Source: Candidatus Saccharimonadota bacterium (GTDB taxonomy: Bacteria > Patescibacteriota > Saccharimonadia > Saccharimonadales > Saccharimonadaceae). From it: a stretch of 64,000 bases of DNA. Every line of letters starts with the position of its first letter. Position 1 is the first letter of the stretch. A model generated the notes under the pieces. The model ran no database searches. It was not told the origin of the DNA and was given only the letters and a program-made list of their open reading frames with translations. A program made the translations under genes and the position numbers. This document shows, in pieces, positions 45,069 to 54,363 of the stretch. The DNA lies in the NCBI GenBank assembly GCA_017514045.1, contig JAFWLS010000024.1:14705-78704 (forward strand), written 5' to 3'.

Positions 45069-46528
45069 AACAGTTTTTCTGCGCAATATGGAATCATATA
45101 GAATATTTCTTTATTCTGGTGCTTTTTGCTGGCGTCTTCTATCTGAGCTTCAATAGTGGTTCTTTCGTACGCTCAGAGTCGCCTATAGATAATCCAAATT
45201 ATTATGCCAATAAAATTTTCGATAGGTCATATGTCCATCGGATAGATATTTCAATCGCTGAAAAAGATTATGAAGATCTTCTTGCTAACCCCACCAGAAA
45301 AACCAGATACAATACAATCGTTACTGTCGATGGTGAAAAGTTCGAAAACACTAGTTTTTCAACCCGTGGGAATGCTTCTCTCTTTGCAATCGCCGACGAT
45401 AAAAACAGCGATCGATACAGTTACAAGATTAATTTTCAAAAATACAATGACAATCAATATCATGGACTCGACAAGCTACTACTAAACAACCTATTTGCCG
45501 ATGCTAGCTATATGAAGGACCATATTGCATTCGAAATAATGCGCGCATCCGGCGTAGCCTCACCACTCACGTCTTATACGGAAGTGTATATTAATGGCAA
45601 ACTGCAAGGGCTCTATTTGGCCGTGGAAGACATTGATGAATCTTTTCTCAAGCGCAATAATTTCCCGCAAGGCACTTCACTCTACAAACCAGAAGCGTTG
45701 GGTATCGATCATTCGAAACTAGAACAGCTTCGCGAATCGTTACCTGAAGGAGAAAAACTAAATGTAGAGACAAATCCTGCTTCGCCAAATTTTCGCTTCG
45801 AGGGATCTGATTTAGTCTACATTGACGATAATCCGATTAGCTACCCCGCGATTTTTGACAATGCGATAAATAAAACCTCCGCCATTGATCGCGAATATCT
45901 CATTCAAAGCATCGAATCTCTAAGCGATATATCGCTTTCTGATCCCGCCGACTTCTGGGATGTAGATGCGCTTAGTAAATATTTCGCCGCCAATACTTTC
46001 CTATCCAACTTCGATACGTATACTGGTACTCCAGCACACAACTACTATATTGCTGCCGCTAAGGGCAAAAACACTCTTCTCCCGTGGGACTATAACCTTG
46101 GTTTTTACGACGTCTGGATAGACGCAAAAACCGAATCTGGAATAGAATACAATAAAGAAGGAATAAATTGGCCCATCGATAATCCTCTCGCCGACAACAA
46201 CATTAAAACACGACCTGCATGGAAATTAATTCATAACAACTCTAATTATCTAGAAAAATATCATACCAGTATTCAAAACTTACTTGATAATTACTTTATA
46301 AATGGGGAATGTACCAAAGAAATAAATGAAGTCTCGGAGCTGATTCGACCTTACGTCAATGCCGACCCCACCCGTTTCTTCACGGCTGACGAGTTCGAAG
46401 ATGGCGTCAAAGTTCTACGCGCGCATACACTTCTTCGCGCTGATTCTGTGCAAAAACAACTTTGGGGACTCATACCAAGTGCACGCAAGGGCACGATAGA
46501 CATTACAAACGAGCCAATCGACCAATAA
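45065..46528 (+). CDS. CotH-family (atypical kinase fold) protein with N-terminal TM
   Basis: YKINFQKY...LDKLLLNNLFADASYMKDHIAFEIMRASGVASPLTSYTEVYINGKLQGLYLAVEDIDESFLKRN matches the CotH pattern. The start overlaps the GH57 stop (ATGA). Confidence 0.8.
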   Translation: MKQFFCAIWNHIEYFFILVLFAGVFYLSFNSGSFVRSESPIDNPNYYANKIFDRSYVHRIDISIAEKDYEDLLANPTRKTRYNTIVTVDGEKFENTSFSTRGNASLFAIADDKNSDRYSYKINFQKYNDNQYHGLDKLLLNNLFADASYMKDHIAFEIMRASGVASPLTSYTEVYINGKLQGLYLAVEDIDESFLKRNNFPQGTSLYKPEALGIDHSKLEQLRESLPEGEKLNVETNPASPNFRFEGSDLVYIDDNPISYPAIFDNAINKTSAIDREYLIQSIESLSDISLSDPADFWDVDALSKYFAANTFLSNFDTYTGTPAHNYYIAAAKGKNTLLPWDYNLGFYDVWIDAKTESGIEYNKEGINWPIDNPLADNNIKTRPAWKLIHNNSNYLEKYHTSIQNLLDNYFINGECTKEINEVSELIRPYVNADPTRFFTADEFEDGVKVLRAHTLLRADSVQKQLWGLIPSARKGTIDITNEPIDQ

Positions 46529-46553
46529 AAATCCCCGCCTTAAGCAGCGGGGA
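46526..46553. terminator. hairpin terminator between convergent genes
   Basis: A-run, tccccgc, an 8-nt loop, gcgggga. The T-run lies on the minus-strand side. Confidence 0.6.
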
Positions 46554-46567
46554 ATGGTGTTGGAGGA

Positions 46568-47398
46568 TTAATACAGCTTTCTTACACCAGCTGGTGGGGC
46601 TCCTGGTATGCAATTTTCAACCAAAGGGTCATCCTCGTTGTATTCTTCAGCATAGATAGCTTCAATGATACCAACGATAAATGGCAGAAAAGAGAAATCA
46701 TGGTATCTTCTCAGCACGCCAGCGAAGATATGATCGATTGCCCGATAGGACTTTATTTCCTCGCAGGAGGCTTTGTCTTGCTCCGTGATATCGCCCTTAC
46801 GCTTGAGGCTACCGACGATGCCTTTTGATTTGAGATATGCAATCCCGAGCACGAACGACGCTTTGTCGAACAGTTTCATGTTAGTATCACCGTCTCTCAA
46901 ACTAGCAAACTGGCTTTGGTGATCCTTCTTAGCCACTTCAGGGAAGAGCCCCATAAAGTTATCGAACGCTTCCTGTTCTAGACGATCTTTTTCTTTCCGA
47001 TCATTGCTGCCATCGTCCGTCCAGTCGCCAATTTCGGTTTCGCCTATTTCATGGAACGCAACCTGCTCTACGTATCCAAGCCAGTCTGGTTGAAAACCAT
47101 AATAATAAGGGATGAACTTACCGAAGAAGTCACGAAAGAGCAAAATTGCGTTTACTAAACCGAATACGTGCTCAGCATCGCTAAAAGGCGTCTCGGTGGG
47201 CAAAAATGTCTGCGTGTCAGGGTCAAAGAAGCTCATTTTTACGTAGCCCATCCTAGCTACCATACGCTGATCCATCATTTTTTTCCACGCCAACCAAAAG
47301 TTCCGGCATCTTTCGTCAAAATCAGGAATCTCCTTGCGTAGATAACGCAAGGCTTCAGGTAGCGAACCGTTATACGCGGCGATACGGTCTTTGTTCAA
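46568..47398 (-). CDS. HD-superfamily-like protein (YfbR/HD_3-like layout, with HE in place of HD)
   Basis: SDAEHVFGLV...VAFHEIGETEIGDWTDD...KEKDRLEQEAF...LFDKAS resembles the H...HD...E..GD...K..E..A...DK pattern. TTG start lies 7 nt after GGAGGTG. Confidence 0.5.
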   Translation of the reverse strand: MNKDRIAAYNGSLPEALRYLRKEIPDFDERCRNFWLAWKKMMDQRMVARMGYVKMSFFDPDTQTFLPTETPFSDAEHVFGLVNAILLFRDFFGKFIPYYYGFQPDWLGYVEQVAFHEIGETEIGDWTDDGSNDRKEKDRLEQEAFDNFMGLFPEVAKKDHQSQFASLRDGDTNMKLFDKASFVLGIAYLKSKGIVGSLKRKGDITEQDKASCEEIKSYRAIDHIFAGVLRRYHDFSFLPFIVGIIEAIYAEEYNEDDPLVENCIPGAPPAGVRKLY

Positions 47399-47577
47399 GC
47401 ATATTCACCTCCAATTTTAATCTGCAACCCACCAACCCACACATTTTATCAAAAGTTATAGAGAAGCACAAGAATTAGAAGTTCACACTATTCTTAGATT
47501 ATATGTAATCTTACGTCGAGATATTGTTTTTGCATCATGCTTATGATAAAATTAAAACAGAACATAAAGGTCATAAA

Positions 47578-50500
47578 ATGAAGATAAAAAACACGATTCT
47601 TTCTTTATGGGGAAAGTTAATTAATGCAAAGAAGATATTATTATTCAGTGGCTTAGCAGTTCTGGCAATTTTTGGAATCAGCAGAATACCAGGTTTTGCT
47701 GCTACATCGGACGAGTCAACTAATCTTAGAGTTAAAATGCAGAGAATCGTCCAAGAAGTTGCCATGGCGTACTACAGGAAAGGTCAGAAGATAGAGTACG
47801 ACTCCTGGCGTCGCAATGATCGTATTTCGCCCGAACAGATTACTAGTCAAAACGTCAGCTATATGGTATGCTCTGGCTTTACCGCCTCGGTATATAAGGA
47901 AGCCTTCGATGTAAATGTCCCATCCACAACACAAAGAATCAAAAGTTATGCCGCAAGTTTAGCTGATGAGGGTAATCTCAAGAAAATATCAGATCACGAA
48001 TACACTGGTACTAGAGCTCATGGCGAGATAGCCTATTATACCGACGATTTTCACGGCGTTCGCCTTGTTGGTAGTAGCAGCAACGAAGGAGATCTTGCCA
48101 AACGCAAAGCATACCGCGAGAAGATACTTAACCTTCTCGAGCCAGGCGATGTGATATCGACGTTTGGCAAATACTATGATAACAGTACTACTGGACACGC
48201 AATGTTAGTTTATAAGATTATCGAACGAAATGGTAAAAGAGTTAATGCGGTACTCCTCAATTCAAATGGCCAAACAACATACAACAATAACAACATCACA
48301 AAAGGCATTAAGATTACTGAGAAAAGCGTACTTATAGATGACTCTGAATTTGCTTCAAATACCTTTAAAGAGGGAACTGTATATACGCACTACCTGTTTG
48401 ATGACGGAGATGACATTCATTCTATCAGCGACAACACTTTCGAAAATGCTGATTTTAACAATGGTATTATAGGTACTTCAAAAGCCCACTTTACCGTCTT
48501 GAGAATGTTATGGAACGTAGGCGACACAGAGGGCACTATTGCCGACATTCTTTGCGCTGGTAGCTGCTTTCAAAATGAGAATCTTAAGCATATATCGCTT
48601 TCCGACTTATCCGAAATCCCGAGTAGATCATTAGTTAGACTAAGCTACCCAGGCATTCAAATAGAGAAGACTGTAGATGTTCATAATGGCAGTACAGTTT
48701 CACGCGGCGACCAGCTAACATATACTATTACTATAAAAAACAACTCTGGACAGAAATATTCAAACATAGCAGTCGCCGAGTACTTTGATACCAGTTTAGT
48801 AGAATTTGTCTCAGCGGGCGAATCAGCAACGAGAGACGGAGGAACAATAACCTGGAGTAATGTTAGCGTCGCAAAAGGCGCCACTAAAACTATTACATAT
48901 ATCGTGAAGGTTAAGGATAACGTTGCCTACGGCCAGACTATCGAATCCACTGGTAGCGTTGCTGGTATTCCGTCTACTACAGTCAGTAATACAATTAACG
49001 AAAAACTCACCAGCAGCGAAAAGAATGATATCAAGACAATATACAATAGCGTTAAAACCAGTAAAAACGGCATAGCGCTTATTAAGGAAGTGTACAAAAA
49101 TGTCGATCCAACCTTCGTCCAAGCACTAGAAGATGTTAATCTCGAAGAACTGCTGGGTTATCAATACGACAAAAATTATGACTGCGTGATCCCGAGTGGG
49201 GTTGCTATTTCTGCTGCGGATTATGGCAATATGTTGATTACTCCAAGAAAAAGAAGCTCAAAGTACACCTATTCGACTTCCATCAATGATAAGCCAGTCG
49301 TCAACTCGAGCAACATTTTCTCCGTGAAGGTCTTTAACAATTATTATTCAATGTTACATGATCTATATATGCTCACTTCAACCTCACCTCAATTATGCGT
49401 CAGCAATGCTCAGCAACTAGCATGGCAACGCGCTACTACTGCAAGCGTAGATGCTAACGGTAACATAATAATAATAGACTTCTCAACCGGCGCGAATAAA
49501 CGCTCTGACCGCCAAGTACGTGTGTATCCAGAGACTCTTCAAACTGGCGATGTTCTACTATATAGGAATAACAACGATACGCGAAAAAAGATTGACAGTA
49601 CGGCAGAGGCTGGAGATGGAGAAGATGATGACACCTCGCAAGGCGACTCCAGCACAGTCACACCTTATTGGGAGAGGCGTGGTCTAGAGAACGGATTCTA
49701 TGCCTATGTATATTTGGAAAACGGTAGCAAAGGAGCAGGCTTCTATGGCGGTACGTACAATATGAGACGAGCAAAGATCGTGGATGAATCCATTGTTGCT
49801 TATAATGGCACCAAGACGGACAAGTACGAAAGATTTATTTCGGCAGACAACACTAAAGACAGCGACACTCTTCAGTCTCTCTTCTCAAAAGATTACTACG
49901 TAATTCTTCGCCCATCGATCAGACAATCACAGATTGTGACCTTTACTGATCCGACCGCCACAGTTTCCAAAGCCGTGGGCGGCGACACTACGTTCACTAA
50001 CGCTGCCACCACGACCGGCGATGGCACGATTAGCTACGAATCGGGCAATAGTGATGTTGCGACCGTCAACAATAGTGGCAAGGTGACAATTCGCGGTGCG
50101 GGCCAGACAACCATCACGGCGACAGCATCGAAGACCTTTAAATATGCCTTGGCTTCGAAATCTTATTCACTAGTCGTCAATAAAGCGAGTCAAGTCGTCT
50201 CCTTCGCACAAACATCAGTAAATAAATATCTTGGCGATGAGCCATTCACGAATCTCGCCACCACTACGGGCGATGGAACAATCTCCTACAGATCGAATAA
50301 AACCAGCGTCGCGACTGTTGATGCAAACACCGGTTTAGTCACCATTGTTGGCGTCGGCAAAGCTACCATTACTGCCACGGCAGCCGAGAGCGACAACTAC
50401 TTGTCCGCTTCCAAATCATACACACTTACAGTTTCCAACAAGCCTACCCAGACTGTATCATTTGTTAGTTCGTCAGTAGAAAAAGATCTTGGCGATGAGC

Positions 50501-52164
50501 CATTCACGAATCTCGCCACCACTACCGGTGATGGCGAGATCACTTATAGCTCGGATAATACTAATGTCGCTACAGTTGATGCGAGCACCGGCTTAGTCAC
50601 AATCGTTGGTGCCGGAAGCGCCACCATCACTGCAACCGCAGCGGAAACCGCCAATTACGCCGCTTCTTCCGAATCCTACATTCTTACCGTCACGACCAAA
50701 CAACTCCAAACCATTACTTTCGAAAATGCGTCAGTACAAAAAGTTTTCGGAGACGCTCCATTCACGAATCTCGCCACTACTACGGGCGACGGAGCAATCA
50801 CATATAGATCTAGCAAGACTAGCGTCGCGACAATCGATAGCAACACGGGTCTAATTACGATCGTTGGCGTTGGAAGAACTACAATCACCGCCACGGCCGC
50901 CGAAACAGAAACCTACGCTCCAGCATCCAAGTCATTCGTGCTAACCGTAACAAAGGCTACTCAGACAATCGTTTTTGATAGCGCATCCGTCCAAGTTACC
51001 GTCGACGCTAATCCGTTCACAAATACTGCTACAGCTAGCGACGGCGGAACAATTACATACAGCCTAGACAACACGAATGTGGCTACGATTAATGAAGAGA
51101 CCGGCGAAGTAACTATTGTCGGTGCTGGCACTACTACTATCACTGCCACCGCCACAGAAACCGATAATTTCGCTTCGGTATCTAATTCTTACGTACTTAC
51201 CGTCAATAAACTTTCGCAGACAGTGTCATTCAGAAAACGATCAATCAATGTATCTGTCGGGGAACCATCATTTACGAATCTCGCCACCACCACCGGCGAC
51301 GGAGCAATCGTCTATAGCTCTAGCGATACCAATGTAGCTACCATCAATGAAAACACCGGAGAAGTAACTATTGTTGGCGTTGGTGCTGCTACTATCACTG
51401 CAACCGCCGCAGAAACCAGAACTTATAATAGCGCTACTGACTCATATACTCTAAGAGTTCATGAATCTGAAGCCGACTTAGTCGTTACGCTAACTTACGA
51501 CGCTAACGGAGGCAGCTTCCCGTCCGATGCTCAAGCGACCGCCACCTGCGTACTTGAGGATGAAGATTGCAGTATGATAATATCTGATCTCGAACCAACG
51601 AAAGAAGGCTATATCTTCCTCGGCTGGTCTGAATCTAGGAATGCTACCGAATATCTCTATAGACCAGGAAACACAATTATACTCGTAGGTAACACAACTA
51701 TTTATGCTATTTGGTCAGATGGGGAGTTGGTCTGGATAGACGGGTCAGAATATACAATCGGAAGCGAACAAGGTCTCGTATTGAAGATTGACCATCCAAT
51801 ATCCGCATTTAGAAGGATTCTAGTGGATGATAGAACTGTCGACACGAAAAATTATACAGCCGAATCTGGCAGCACTATCATTACCCTCTCACCAGAATTC
51901 CTCGGCACTCTCTCTGTCGGCGAACATTCTATTCGAGCAATCTTTAATAATGATGTATCCGTATCATCCTCCTTTAGCGTAATCCGAGGCGAAGATCTCG
52001 CTCCTGCAACTCCTGATACCGGAGTAAATAACTCCGACGATAAGGGTTCTTCTATCGGCGTAGTTATCGGACTACCAACCATCGCCATGTTAGCAGCAGT
52101 CATACTATTCTTTAGAAGAAAAAACCATTCATTCTTAAGAGGAGAAATCGATTTTCTCCCATAA
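47578..52164 (+). CDS. giant surface protein: signal/anchor, papain-like (NlpC/P60-type) domain, DUF11-like repeat, six Ig-like repeats, Listeria-Bacteroides repeat, TPDTG tail
   Basis: ATG 47578 follows aaagg and gives MKIKNTILSLWGKLINAKKILLFSGLAVLAIFG. The ORF is open from TTG 47524. See the domain features below. Confidence 0.8.
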   Translation: MKIKNTILSLWGKLINAKKILLFSGLAVLAIFGISRIPGFAATSDESTNLRVKMQRIVQEVAMAYYRKGQKIEYDSWRRNDRISPEQITSQNVSYMVCSGFTASVYKEAFDVNVPSTTQRIKSYAASLADEGNLKKISDHEYTGTRAHGEIAYYTDDFHGVRLVGSSSNEGDLAKRKAYREKILNLLEPGDVISTFGKYYDNSTTGHAMLVYKIIERNGKRVNAVLLNSNGQTTYNNNNITKGIKITEKSVLIDDSEFASNTFKEGTVYTHYLFDDGDDIHSISDNTFENADFNNGIIGTSKAHFTVLRMLWNVGDTEGTIADILCAGSCFQNENLKHISLSDLSEIPSRSLVRLSYPGIQIEKTVDVHNGSTVSRGDQLTYTITIKNNSGQKYSNIAVAEYFDTSLVEFVSAGESATRDGGTITWSNVSVAKGATKTITYIVKVKDNVAYGQTIESTGSVAGIPSTTVSNTINEKLTSSEKNDIKTIYNSVKTSKNGIALIKEVYKNVDPTFVQALEDVNLEELLGYQYDKNYDCVIPSGVAISAADYGNMLITPRKRSSKYTYSTSINDKPVVNSSNIFSVKVFNNYYSMLHDLYMLTSTSPQLCVSNAQQLAWQRATTASVDANGNIIIIDFSTGANKRSDRQVRVYPETLQTGDVLLYRNNNDTRKKIDSTAEAGDGEDDDTSQGDSSTVTPYWERRGLENGFYAYVYLENGSKGAGFYGGTYNMRRAKIVDESIVAYNGTKTDKYERFISADNTKDSDTLQSLFSKDYYVILRPSIRQSQIVTFTDPTATVSKAVGGDTTFTNAATTTGDGTISYESGNSDVATVNNSGKVTIRGAGQTTITATASKTFKYALASKSYSLVVNKASQVVSFAQTSVNKYLGDEPFTNLATTTGDGTISYRSNKTSVATVDANTGLVTIVGVGKATITATAAESDNYLSASKSYTLTVSNKPTQTVSFVSSSVEKDLGDEPFTNLATTTGDGEITYSSDNTNVATVDASTGLVTIVGAGSATITATAAETANYAASSESYILTVTTKQLQTITFENASVQKVFGDAPFTNLATTTGDGAITYRSSKTSVATIDSNTGLITIVGVGRTTITATAAETETYAPASKSFVLTVTKATQTIVFDSASVQVTVDANPFTNTATASDGGTITYSLDNTNVATINEETGEVTIVGAGTTTITATATETDNFASVSNSYVLTVNKLSQTVSFRKRSINVSVGEPSFTNLATTTGDGAIVYSSSDTNVATINENTGEVTIVGVGAATITATAAETRTYNSATDSYTLRVHESEADLVVTLTYDANGGSFPSDAQATATCVLEDEDCSMIISDLEPTKEGYIFLGWSESRNATEYLYRPGNTIILVGNTTIYAIWSDGELVWIDGSEYTIGSEQGLVLKIDHPISAFRRILVDDRTVDTKNYTAESGSTIITLSPEFLGTLSVGEHSIRAIFNNDVSVSSSFSVIRGEDLAPATPDTGVNNSDDKGSSIGVVIGLPTIAMLAAVILFFRRKNHSFLRGEIDFLP
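47740..48260 (+). other. papain-like cysteine peptidase/amidase-like domain (NlpC/P60 superfamily-like)
   Basis: Candidate nucleophile in YMVCSGFTASVY (Cys codon 47869-47871) and candidate His in GDVISTF...TTGHAMLVY (His codon 48196-48198). Confidence 0.45.
49930..51460 (+). repeat. six tandem ~85-aa (~255-bp) Ig-like (Big_2-type) coding repeats
   Basis: Each unit reads Q-[TVI]-[VI]-[STV]-F...FTN.ATTTGDG.I.Y.S....VAT[VI][DN]..TG.VTIVG.G..TITATAAE...Y...S.S[YF].L.V. Confidence 0.85.
52009..52023 (+). other. TPDTG pentapeptide (LPXTG-like sorting motif variant)
   Basis: act cct gat acc gga, followed by a 10-aa spacer, then IGVVIGLPTIAMLAAVILFF, then RRKNH. Confidence 0.5.
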
Positions 52165-52289
52165 ACCATAAAAAATAGCCCGAAGGCCTCAGTTTTGTGG
52201 TAGAGTGCAGAAGATCACAAGATCCGGCTCCGCTAGATAACGAACTCTTCCGTTCGAACCTCCTGCTGCTCAATGAGCAGTAAACAAAA

Positions 52290-52311
52290 ATAACCCATCG
52301 GGCTATTTTTC
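52290..52311. terminator. bidirectional hairpin terminator downstream of tRNA-Ala(GGC)
   Basis: A5, taaccc-atc-gggcta, T5. Confidence 0.55.
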
Positions 52312-52319
52312 TTTACTCC

Positions 52320-52395
52320 TGGTGGAGTACAGGAGATTCGAACTCCTCACCTCTTCCATGCCATGGAAGCGCTCTACCAAATGAGCTAGTACCCC
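52320..52395 (-). tRNA. tRNA-Ala (anticodon GGC), CCA encoded
   Basis: Minus strand GGGGTAC...CTTCC-ATGGCAT-GGAAG...AGGAG-TTCGAAT-CTCCT-GTACTCC-A-CCA, with G3:U70 present. Confidence 0.9.
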
Positions 52396-52425
52396 ATATA
52401 GGTTGTTTATATTTTAGCACAAGTA

Positions 52426-52434
52426 TGCTAAGAT
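52426..52434 (+). promoter_or_regulatory. extended -10 box TGCTAAGAT, 6 nt before the trpS ATG (leaderless layout)
   Basis: TGCTAAGAT, then gtaaat, then ATG 52441. Confidence 0.5.
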
Positions 52435-52440
52435 GTAAAT

Positions 52441-53454
52441 ATGAAAAAGACTATCCTCACAGGGCTTCGCGTCAATAGCGAACTCACTCTAGGCAACTAT
52501 TTGGGCGCTCTTCTTCCCATGGTTCGCCTTGCCAATAAATACTCTAATGAATACACTGTTAACATCTTTGTCCCAGATCTTCACTCGATTATTTCCGAAA
52601 TAGATGGCAATCTCCAGGATAATACTCTTCGTAGCATCAAATACTATCTTGCCGCAGGCCTTGAGCTTAATGAGAATGTCCACATTTATCGTCAATCTCA
52701 TGTCCCAGCTCATACTGAGTTAGCCTGGGTTCTGAACTGCGTAGCCACCATGGGCGAGATGTCACGCATGATTCAGTACAAAGAGAAATCCGAAGGTAAA
52801 GAATCTACCAATGTAGGTATTTTTGATTATCCGGTACTCATGGCTGCAGACATATTGCTTTACGATGCATCTTTCGTTCCTGTGGGAGAAGACCAGTTCC
52901 AGCATCTTGAGCTTACGCGTAATCTTGCGATCAGGTTCAACAATCGCTTCGGTGAGACTTTCACTATCCCGGAAGAGACGAAAAAACAGGCCGAGTTCAT
53001 GGGTACGGATAATGGTATTCGTATCCGCGACCTTGTAAACCCTGACAAAAAAATGTCAAAATCTACTCCAGGCGAGAATTCCAAGATTATGCTTTCTGAC
53101 GACCCGGCGCAAGCCGTTAAGAAGATTATGGGTGCCACGACTGATTCTCTTGAAAACATCAACTTCGATCTCGCAAACCAGCCTGGCATTTCTAACCTTC
53201 TTCAAATTGAAGCGCTGATCAATGACCGCCCACTAGGTGAAGTTATTCGTGAATGGCAAGGTAAATCCCGGTATGGTGATCTTAAGAAACAGGTTGCATC
53301 TAGTGTCGAGAAGCTACTGGCTGATTTCCAGACTAAGTACGCTAATATTTCCGATGCAGAAATCGAGAAGCTTTTGCCTGAAGGCGAAGCTTACGCGAAT
53401 GAAATCGCCAACCACAAACTTGACGAAGTCTATCAAAAAGTAGGTTTACGCTAA
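52441..53454 (+). CDS. trpS: tryptophan--tRNA ligase
   Basis: SELTLGNYLGA (compare the E. coli TrpRS GELTIGNYMGA) and KMSKS. Confidence 0.92.
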   Translation: MKKTILTGLRVNSELTLGNYLGALLPMVRLANKYSNEYTVNIFVPDLHSIISEIDGNLQDNTLRSIKYYLAAGLELNENVHIYRQSHVPAHTELAWVLNCVATMGEMSRMIQYKEKSEGKESTNVGIFDYPVLMAADILLYDASFVPVGEDQFQHLELTRNLAIRFNNRFGETFTIPEETKKQAEFMGTDNGIRIRDLVNPDKKMSKSTPGENSKIMLSDDPAQAVKKIMGATTDSLENINFDLANQPGISNLLQIEALINDRPLGEVIREWQGKSRYGDLKKQVASSVEKLLADFQTKYANISDAEIEKLLPEGEAYANEIANHKLDEVYQKVGLR

Positions 53455-54363
53455 ATGATTATTACTGGCAAGAAGTTTTCCAAACCTGCCATGTCCCGCG
53501 TAATCAACGGTGACGTTGTTTTGAATTCCGATGAGGAGAAACCAGAAAAATTTCGTCTTGATCATTTACTAGTGGAGGCGTACCCAGATTACAATCGTTC
53601 TGTCCTACAGAAATTTATTCGTTCTGGCTACATTATGGTTGATGGCCAGGTCGTAACTAAACCAAATGCTCAATATGAAAAAACGGCCAACATACAGATG
53701 ACTATTCCGCGCCAGCCGGCAAAGAAGACCGTTCCGCCGACTATTATCTATGAAGATGAACATGTCAAAGTTGTCGATAAGCCATCTGGTCTGCTTTCTA
53801 TTGCCAAAGGCGATTATTGTGCGGAACCAACATTAGAAGACCACGGTCTGCTTGTTCATCGTCTCGACCGCGATACTTCCGGAGTTGTTATTCTAGCGAA
53901 GGATGAGGAAACGCGTGGCATGCTTCGCCGTCAATTTCAGGAACGCAAGGCTCACAAAGTTTATTATGCGGTTGTAGAAGGTCGCCCGAAACTCGATGAA
54001 GCCAAAATAGATCTGCCCATTGCTCGCAATTACAATCACCATACCACTTTTCGGGTTGATCCAAACGGTAAGGAAAGCACCACATTCTATAAGGTTATAA
54101 AGACGAATGATAATTATTCGCTTCTAGAGCTTCGTCCGGTCACTGGGCGCACTCATCAATTGCGCGTTCATCTTCAATACATCGGCACTCCCATCGTAGG
54201 CGACCGTGTTTATGGCAATAAAAATAACAGCCAAAAACGTCTCTTCCTCCACGCCCACGAATTAGAAATAACTATTCCTGGCCCAACCAAAGAATCTAAT
54301 AATATTCGTAAAACTTTCGAGTCACCTATTCCTAAGGAATTTTACGAGTTCTTTGAGGATTAA
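53455..54363 (+). CDS. RluA-family pseudouridine synthase with S4 domain (RluD-like)
   Basis: HRLDRDTSGVVILAKD catalytic motif, an N-terminal S4-like segment, and GRTHQLRVH. Confidence 0.88.
   Translation: MIITGKKFSKPAMSRVINGDVVLNSDEEKPEKFRLDHLLVEAYPDYNRSVLQKFIRSGYIMVDGQVVTKPNAQYEKTANIQMTIPRQPAKKTVPPTIIYEDEHVKVVDKPSGLLSIAKGDYCAEPTLEDHGLLVHRLDRDTSGVVILAKDEETRGMLRRQFQERKAHKVYYAVVEGRPKLDEAKIDLPIARNYNHHTTFRVDPNGKESTTFYKVIKTNDNYSLLELRPVTGRTHQLRVHLQYIGTPIVGDRVYGNKNNSQKRLFLHAHELEITIPGPTKESNNIRKTFESPIPKEFYEFFED

Noticed and set aside
52171-52310. 15/16-nt inverted repeat (aaaaatagcccgaagg / ccatcgggctattttt) flanking ~108 bp that contains GGTAGAG and GTTCGAA strings. I considered a MITE or a degenerate tRNA.
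   Set aside because: I could not fold a cloverleaf; the anticodon and T stems do not pair. The repeat arms have the same A-run, taGCCC-loop-GGG, T-run design as other terminators in the window (14042, 18249, 42468). Two convergent terminators are the simpler explanation. RNA-seq or cmscan could revisit this.
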